A stretch of 16,869 nt of DNA from Ginkgo biloba (Eukaryota; Plantae; Ginkgophyta). The notes beneath the pieces are model-generated. The model searched no databases, was not told where the DNA came from, and saw nothing but the letters and a program-made list of their open reading frames with translations. The translations under genes and the position numbers were made by a program. Below, piece by piece: positions 10,155 through 16,869 of this stretch. How positions within the stretch are numbered: the stretch's first letter is position 1; every line of letters starts with the position of its first letter. The DNA lies in the NCBI GenBank assembly GCA_024626585.2, contig JANKJI020000002.1, positions 183,032,121 through 183,048,989 of the forward strand, read 5' to 3'.

Positions 10155-10231
10155 TCTCACTCTCTTTCTCTCTCTCTCTCTCCATTCGAGGGCTTGCTAT
10201 AGTGTAACCTTCACTTTTTTTTTTTTTTTTT
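10155..10231. repeat. (CT)n microsatellite and T17 homopolymer
   Basis: Imperfect CT run 10155-10182; 17 T at 10215-10231. Confidence 0.9.
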
Positions 10232-10244
10232 ATTGGTACCTGTA

Positions 10245-11250
10245 CGACCAATGCAAATGGAGATTCAAAATGAAATCCAAGATATGCTTCAAAGGTTAAG
10301 ACATGTATAGAGTTATGGATAGCTCTATTGTAATTATGTTGTATTTATGGAATACTTTAAGTTCTTGGATGCTATACATACTCAACAATTGAACAATTTT
10401 CTTTTTAACTACCTCTGATTATCCATTTGTTTAAGGATGGAAAACTAGGCTTTTTTTAGCTGTGTCCATGAGAGCCCAAGTGTAGTCCAATAATGGCTAG
10501 GAACATGTTGTCCCTGTCTAACACTATGGATGACAATTGTCCAAAGTTAACCATACATGTGTAAAGAACAACTTCACAAAAAGGTAGTCATTTTGCTTGT
10601 GGGTTGTTGGCAACTCCCCAAAGAAGNNNNNNNNNNNNNNNNNNNNNNNNNNNNNNNNNNNNNNNNNNNNNNNNNNNNNNNNNNNNNNNNNNNNNNNNNN
10701 NNNNNNNNNNNNNNNNNNNNNNNNNNGTGGGTTGTTGGCAACTCCCCAAAGAAGTCCATGGAGATGGACTACCATCGTCTTGTAGGCACAGGCAAAGGCA
10801 TATACAATTGCAACTTCATGTTTGCTGGTTTGGATATGTTGCTCAGAGCACAACCCTTCACTACTTTCTCCACATCTAAGACCATCTTTGGCAAAAGAGG
10901 TATCTTTGCAAATTTGCCAATGATTTGCCAGTGTCTTATGCATGCCAAAGTGCCTTGCCACCATGAATGGTGAGCTTCCCTTATCAATTGGGCTCTATCC
11001 CCACTATGAGGTACATGATGCACTCCCATCTTATACAACAATCCATCTAAAAGATGGAAATCTCCCAGCTACTCATCCTGAGCAACAGTCTTCTGTTGTA
11101 TTATAGAATAAATTTTGCAAAGTCTTTGTCATCCATATACAGATTCGTAAACTCTTCCAAACCGAAAGAATTCAATTGCGGCAATGAACTCCATGAAGCT
11201 ATTGGAATTCTTGAAAGGAAATTTGCAATTTCACAAAGGGTACCTTTCTA
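10245..11250 (-). mobile_element. Decayed Ty3/Gypsy RNase H end + integrase (chromovirus/CRM-like motifs)
   Basis: Minus strand: KGTLCEIANFLSR; DRAQLIREAHHS..VARHFGMHKT...VKGCALSNISKP (HHCC zinc finger); LYMPLPVPTRRW*SISMDFFGELPTTHKQNDYLFV; FHP*TNG*SEVV. Multiple stops, frameshifts and deletions. Confidence 0.93.
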
Positions 11251-11609
11251 ATTGCAGTAGTTTGTGATTAGAATGGATGATGGTTTCCTTTCCAAAAAAA
11301 ATAGTGCCTCCAATATCTGACAACTTGCACTATTGCATGATATCCTTGTCATAGAGGGAATAATTGTGGATGGCTCCTAAGAGTGTCTCGAAGACACAAG
11401 CAACTGGTCTTGCTTACAGGATAGGCTGATATGACCTTCGTCACATGAGGCACATATGACCAAAGATCCTTTTAATAATATTTGTGAAATTAAATATTAA
11501 TTATTTAAATAAATTGAAAGCAAGATAACATAGAGAAAATAACATCTATCTCTATCTGTGGCAAGTTAGGAATAGGACTAGCCTTGCTGTTTCTTGGACA
11601 AGAATAAAG

Positions 11610-11810
11610 CTAAGTTACTAGGAAATGCCCCCACAGGTCCCTGTTCCTTACCCGATCCATCCCGGGAGCAGGTACGGCTCAAGAACAGCTGGAAAATGTT
11701 TCCTTGCCGTACTCCAACTGTATCTGGATCGGGTACGGCAATGGGATGTTTTTGGGCTGTTGCTTGGCAGGAAATAGCTGTTTCCCGTTTTTTTAAATTA
11801 AAAAAACTTT
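11610..11810. mobile_element. GC-rich MITE / non-autonomous DNA transposon-like end with nested inverted repeats
   Basis: Perfect 11-bp inverted repeat TACCCGATCCA (11649-11659) / TGGATCGGGTA (11725-11735) enclosing a 7-bp one, GTACGGC (11672-11678) / GCCGTAC (11706-11712). CpG-rich in an AT-rich intron and followed by TA-rich sequence. No TIR partner or TSD is visible. Confidence 0.45.
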
Positions 11811-11828
11811 AAAAAAAATAGAAAAAGA

Positions 11829-12175
11829 CATATATATTACTAGCCTATATTACTATATGAGTATGTTAGTATATAGTATTAATTATAGTATATACTAGAG
11901 TATTATATTATATATTACTGTTATAACAGATTATATTAGTCTCATACTATATATAATACTAAATTACATTTATTAATAGTATGTTAGTATAGTACATATA
12001 ACAGAGTCTAAACAGGGTATATATAGTATAGTATATTACATATAATATATATAGAGTATATTAGTATTATACTATATACTGATATGGTATATGTTCATAT
12101 AGTTTAAGTATTTTAAGTATTTTATCATTTGTGTGAGATAACAAGTTTTGTAAGTTTCATATATATATATAGAGA
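11829..12175. repeat. AT-rich low-complexity (TA/TAG/TAC) tract
   Basis: Degenerate TATA/TAGTA/TACTA repeats ending in (TA)n(GA)n at the N gap. Confidence 0.85.
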
Positions 12176-12450
12176 NNNNNNNNNNNNNNNNNNNNNNNNN
12201 NNNNNNNNNNNNNNNNNNNNNNNNNNNNNNNNNNNNNNNNNNNNNNNNNNNNNNNNNNNNNNNNNNNNNNNNNNNNNNNNNNNNNNNNNNNNNNNNNNNN
12301 NNNNNNNNNNNNNNNNNNNNNNNNNNNNNNNNNNNNNNNNNNNNNNNNNNNNNNNNNNNNNNNNNNNNNNNNNNNNNNNNNNNNNNNNNNNNNNNNNNNN
12401 NNNNNNNNNNNNNNNNNGGATGTGAAACTCCTTGTTCTGATTCAGAGGAA

Positions 12451-12860
12451 ACAAATGTCCATACTTTTCTATATTGCTCCCACATGATTTTGTATTCCTC
12501 TGCACACTGTCCTATTGTCCATTCTGCTGAATCTATTGAATTATTTTGACTTTTCTGAATCTAACTTGAGACCTTGTTTGCAGACCATATGCCTTAACAG
12601 TTTCCCACTTGGCACTAAAAGATGACATTTTTTTGGGGATTCAAAGCTAGCCTTCCACAAATGTCCATACATGTCTGTATTGCTGCCAAATAATTCTGTA
12701 TTCCTCCATACACTGTCCAATCGTCCAAAAAGACTTGGGCCTTTAACAGATCCATAATAATACACTTGAACATGGGGGGCGCATTGCATAGTCCAAGGTG
12801 CAAATTATGATAAACATATATTCCATACTCTTTTATGCTAAGTGAAAACTCATTCATATA
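12451..12860 (-). mobile_element. Decayed Ty3/Gypsy reverse transcriptase fragment (Athila-like motifs) with a partial second copy
   Basis: Minus strand: YGIYVYHNLHLGLCNAPPMFKCIIMDLLKAQVFLDDWTVYG...LALNP, then (frameshift) KKCHLLVPSGKLLRHMVCKQGLKLDSEK, containing the FLDD catalytic motif. 12451-12521 is a diverged copy of 12657-12727. Confidence 0.9.
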
Positions 12861-12924
12861 AAAAGATATGAATCAAAGAGTTTAAATCTATAAGGAATCT
12901 CTGAGTAACTTGAATGTATGGTTG

Positions 12925-12962
12925 CTCTACATACAACAAACTACTCTGCATACAACAAACTA
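12925..12962. repeat. 19-bp tandem duplication
   Basis: CTCTACATACAACAAACTA followed by CTCTGCATACAACAAACTA (18/19 identical). Confidence 0.85.
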
Positions 12963-13839
12963 TGCAGGGAAGGGGCCTTCTATTTTCCAGCTATCTTGGG
13001 AGAAAAAATGTCTGAATAACATTGTTAAATCTGTAAGAGGATCCCATTTATATCTATCTCCTTAGCAATTGGACTTTTGTGAAGTCAATCAGTCCATCAA
13101 AGAGCTTCACACTACTGTTAAATTACTAACTAAATTTACTAGTTAACAGTCCTCAGTAGAATTCTAATGGACATAGGGCTGGCCAGAAATTTGATCTCAT
13201 CTTCACAATGTGAAGCTATGGCTGCTAAAAAGGATCGTGCACTTTTCATTGTTCCTAGCAATATTAAAAATTTTATTACCAGAAACACAGCATGTGGCCA
13301 TATTGTGCATGCCAGATGTGTCTGAACTATGTCGGTGTTTCAATTCATTTCAAACATAAACTCGATTTTTCTAAACTTACATGGAATGTATGTATACTTG
13401 ACTGGAATTAAAAAAATGGTCCATGGATGAATACATTAGTGCAACTTTTGTCTGAACTTGGTAATATTTTTCACTATTATTATATTTTTGGGCATATTGC
13501 CTTTTCTACTTCTATTTCGTTTTCTCTATATCTTATTTTCCTAGGTTTTACAGAACATTTATTTTCCTAAGCTTCCAAAATATAGTGTTTCATGTTCCAA
13601 AGGCCTTATGCGTTTCTGATAATTAAGGCTTAAAGGGCCATTATGCCTATGATTTTTATTCTGGAGAAGAATTTATCTCCTATTCCAATGATAACAGCTG
13701 ATGTCTTTTGAACATTAATCTTGAATGTTATATTCTAAAAGGAAACTCTTGTACCTTGAAAATGGCATGTTATCCATCCTATCCATTCACACAATGATAT
13801 TTGTTTCTGATTATACTTACCAAAATCTGCTTCCTGCAG

Positions 13840-14076
13840 CATTGACTCCGCCTGCACATCTTTCCCCTGCAGTTGACCATATCGAAAATCCTGCTCCTCC
13901 ATCACCAACTTCAACAGACGGATGGGGAGATATTGATGAGAACGGAGTGCGAGAAGAAGAGAGTGACAAGGATGGGTGGGATGACATGGAAGTAATGGAA
14001 GAGCAAAGACCACTTGCTGCTCTTGCAAATATACATGCTGCACAGCAAAGGCCTGTGATACAACCAAAGCTGCGAG
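13840..14076 (+). CDS. SCYL1: SCYL1/CTEXP-like penultimate exon: (A)LTPPAHLSPAVDHIENPAPPSPTSTDGWGDIDENGVREEESDKDGWDDMEVMEEQRPLAALANIHAAQQRPVIQPKLR
   Basis: Acceptor CTTCCTGCAG| ends at 13839 and donor CGAG|GTAAAG starts at 14077; phase 1 at both ends. PAPPSPTSTDGWG, SDKDGWD and ALANI.AAQ.RPV match the plant CTEXP/SCYL1 C-terminal region. An alternative in-frame acceptor ends at 13872. Confidence 0.95.
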
Positions 14077-14175
14077 GTAAAGATTTGTAGAATTNNNNNN
14101 NNNNCTAGGGATGTTCATGTGCTCTTCATTCTACTAATATATATTCCCAAACCATCTCTGTGTCATGTTATGCAG

Positions 14176-14518
14176 GTGCTAACAGTTTGCCTTCTAGAAA
14201 TCCAAGTAGAACAGCAAAGGATATGAGCAAGATAAGTGATGATGAAGATCCATGGGCTGCTATTGCTGCACCTCAACCTGCAACTTCTGCCAAACCTCTC
14301 TCTGCAACATCAGCAACTGCTTTTGATGATGACGATCCTTGGGCTGCAATTNNNNNNNNNNNNNNNNNNNNNNNNNNNNNNNNNNNNNNGCGACTACAAC
14401 TGCACGCAGAGCGAATTCCTCAAATCTTCATCCTTCAGGTTCTGGAAGAGGACGTGGTAATAGAGCTGCTCCTATGAAGTTGGGTGCACAGCGGTTGGGT
14501 CGAAACACTGAATTGTAA
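14176..14518 (+). CDS. SCYL1: SCYL1/CTEXP-like terminal coding exon: (G)ANSLPSRNPSRTAKDMSKISDDEDPWAAIAAPQPATSAKPLSATSATAFDDDDPWAAI-[gap]-ATTTARRANSSNLHPSGSGRGRGNRAAPMKLGAQRLGRNTEL*
   Basis: Follows a 99-nt intron (14077-14175) with acceptor TATGCAG|. DD.DPWAAIAAP repeats and the GRGRG...KLGAQR terminus are typical of the family. After the 38-N gap (14352-14389) the conserved frame resumes at 14390 and ends at TAA 14516-14518; the frame change across the gap most likely reflects gap-size error. Confidence 0.93.
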
Positions 14519-14780
14519 ACATAAGGTGATTAGCTAGTTCTTTTAATTGATTGGTTTGTCACTCTTCAGAAAAATGTGTAACATTCTTTATGAATTTTAG
14601 TAATAAAGTTCTCCGTCCTCTTGGAAGTGTAATGTAAATTTGCATGTATAGGCTTGAGACTTGAACTGTGCATGGTTTCTCAGTGATGCTTGATTGTTTC
14701 TGTTTGTAATTACGGGCATGCTATGTATTCTGTTGCAGACTCTTTGCTTGATTACATGAATTTTTGCAGTGAACTTTTAA
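14519..14780 (+). terminator. Probable 3' UTR / polyadenylation region of the SCYL1-like gene (3' end approximate)
   Basis: T/GT-rich sequence after the stop, AATAAA at 14602-14607, and several TGTA elements (~14577, 14633, 14645, 14705, 14724) typical of plant 3'-processing signals. Confidence 0.55.
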
Positions 14781-16680
14781 TCTTTTGAATCTGAGCGACA
14801 CACATGCATGTGTACTTGCAACTAAAGTTGTACTCTTTCATCAGGTATAGTTTGGTGTATGTAGAGCAGTATCTACAACATATCCAACAGAAATGCTGTA
14901 TTTGCAAGATTTGTTCATCTTCATGCAACTGTGCCTATATGGTGTTTAAATTGAGTCTCCTCTATAGTATATATTCTTCTGAATATTTGTTCCTGGGACA
15001 CTACGACTCATAATCATTACTTTGCATAACCCTTGAAAAGTCCTCAACCTCAATGTGTCATAACCCTTTTGAATAAGAGTTTCTGCAACATTCGTGATGG
15101 GCCTCATTTTTCAGTTCAAAATGGATTTTGACTTTGTAGGCTATGGTGCTCAGGCTTGATACAGCTATCTGAAGACAAATATACTTGAACAATAATGCTT
15201 CTCTTTCTTGGTAATTACGTGGTTCAGTGACTGGGTGGTGTATAAAATATTTTCGAAGAAATCAAGTGTAACATTAAAGCTTTTGTTCAACTTCCCATCA
15301 CACAGTCAGTTCCTTCACAAGGCTTGCTTCATAGTTTTTCCCTCATTTAATTACAAATGCAGAANNNNNNNNNNNNNNNNNNNNNNNNNNNNNNNNNNNN
15401 NNNNNNNNNNNNNNNNNNNNNNNNNNNNNNNNNNNNNNNNNNNNNNNNNNNNNNNNNNNNNNNNGATATTGGATACGTTGTGCATAGATTTCATATATTC
15501 TACTGTTACTCTACCTTTTATATTATTTGGAGCAATATTATGGTAGTGCAAGGCGTTAGGAGCACTACAAGATGTCTATACTCATGGATTTTTTGCATGT
15601 TCTAAATGATGAACACTTTTAAATTTGGTCTTTGAATGAAACTTTTCAATCCATCATAATATCAATCATTCATAAGACAATGGTCAAGGGCACGATGAAG
15701 TGTTGATTTATGAATAGTATTATGAGGAAATGAGACATTAACAATCTTCCATAGCATTAAAGTATGAAATTCAGCTTCTAATGTAATAGATGGAGAGTGA
15801 AATTCTAGAAGATGTTTGGAGATGCATTCTTCATAGCAAGTGTCATATGAATGGTCAAAGTTGTATGATGCTACAAAGAAGGGTGACATGCCTACTAGTG
15901 TGCTTGAGGGTTCATGCATCACTCAACATATCATTTAGTTAGAATTGAACTCATTTCAACATTCTATGGTCAAAACAACTTTGAAGGAGGCCACAACAAT
16001 CTTTTTAGGGTTGTTTATTGTCTTCCATTCATGTAATACATAAGATAAACACTGAATACAATGCCCTAACAAGATTGCTCTAATTCTATTCATTAAACCT
16101 TCAAATAAAAATATTTGCAACTTGGAAAACATGTGCAATATGGAATATAAGAGTGTCAAGGTTTACAGTGGAGCCCATATAGTTGAAGTTTAAAATGAAA
16201 TCTTTGGAGTGGAACAGGATTCCTTGGAAGTGGTACCCTTTTGGAAGATACCTTTTGAGGTATCTCTTTACATGATGCTAGCTCCTTGGAATAGTGCTCT
16301 AAGCAATAAAGTTAAAATGGACTAGGGTGAACTTTGTCTTTAGAGTAGATGAGAATGATGACAAGGATCCATGTTGCAATGACTTTTAAACGCCTCTTCC
16401 ATATGTAGGAAAATATTTTTAAGGATGCAACTTGATAAGATCTTACCTTGACCAAACTTTGATTGGCACTTCATGCCAAACATGTTGATGAGGCATTTCT
16501 TACCCATTATTTGCCCTATTTTTGTTCATTTATTCCACAAATTAAGGATGTAAGAGGATTTCATGTTGGAATTGATTCACCTTTGAATTCATTGTGAGGG
16601 GAAATTTGTTTTCAATGTAATTAGGGGGATTATTTTTGTATCACGTGCAAAGGTTTATGAAAGCAACTGTAATTTTAGAC

Positions 16681-16869
16681 TTACCTTCAAGGATTCATGA
16701 AGAGAACTTTACCTTAAGGTCAAGGTGAAGATAACTTTAAGTTACCTTCACCAAGGTTGAAGGCAAGTCAAGTTACCTTCATAAGTATTGATGGTAAGGT
16801 GCCTTCAATTGGCCTTGAAAGAAGCGTACCTATAGATTGTGTTGAAGGTAACTTTACCTTTCAATTGCA
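16681..16869. repeat. Array of palindromic units TTACCTTCA-N7/8-TGAAGGTAA, probably DNA-transposon subterminal repeats; truncated by the window end
   Basis: Units start at 16681, 16709, 16742, 16773, 16799 and 16826, with a half unit at 16854. Confidence 0.8.

Noticed and set aside
10245-12860. Gypsy RT and RH-INT fragments as one interrupted element
   Set aside because: They are colinear, but the RT motifs look Athila-like (GLCNAP, VFLDD.TVYG, KCH..V..G..L.H) while the integrase motifs look CRM/chromovirus-like; probably independent insertions.
14181-14186. Second acceptor AACAG| in the last exon
   Set aside because: Phase-incompatible with the 14076 donor; it would frameshift the conserved tail.
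14504-14518. C-terminal NTEL as a KDEL/HDEL-like ER retrieval signal
   Set aside because: SCYL1 proteins are cytosolic, so a luminal retrieval signal would be irrelevant; likely coincidence.
16681-16869. CRISPR-like repeat/spacer array
   Set aside because: Plant nuclear context, 7-8 nt spacers, degenerate 9-bp arms and no cas genes.

Overview
Eukaryotic, AT-rich plant genomic DNA from a gappy draft assembly; the multi-kb, retroelement-filled introns suggest a large-genome seed plant such as a gymnosperm (inference). The window holds the last four coding exons of a plus-strand SCY1-like pseudokinase gene (SCYL1 / Arabidopsis CTEXP / yeast Cex1 family): 2309(partial)-2353, 8672-8790, 13840-14076 and 14176-14518. 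All splice junctions are canonical GT-AG and phase-compatible, and a 3' UTR follows. The introns carry decayed Ty1/Copia and Ty3/Gypsy fragments, mostly antisense, plus a MITE-like fold-back and small duplications. Most listed ORFs are spurious or N-gap artefacts. The least explained parts are (i) a ~1.1 kb hairpin-rich intronic block (~9050-10200) ending in a Helitron-like hairpin + CTAG terminus and (ii) an array of palindromic TTACCTTCA-N7/8-TGAAGGTAA units at the window end. I found no convincing evidence of a new biological system; these are candidates to test.
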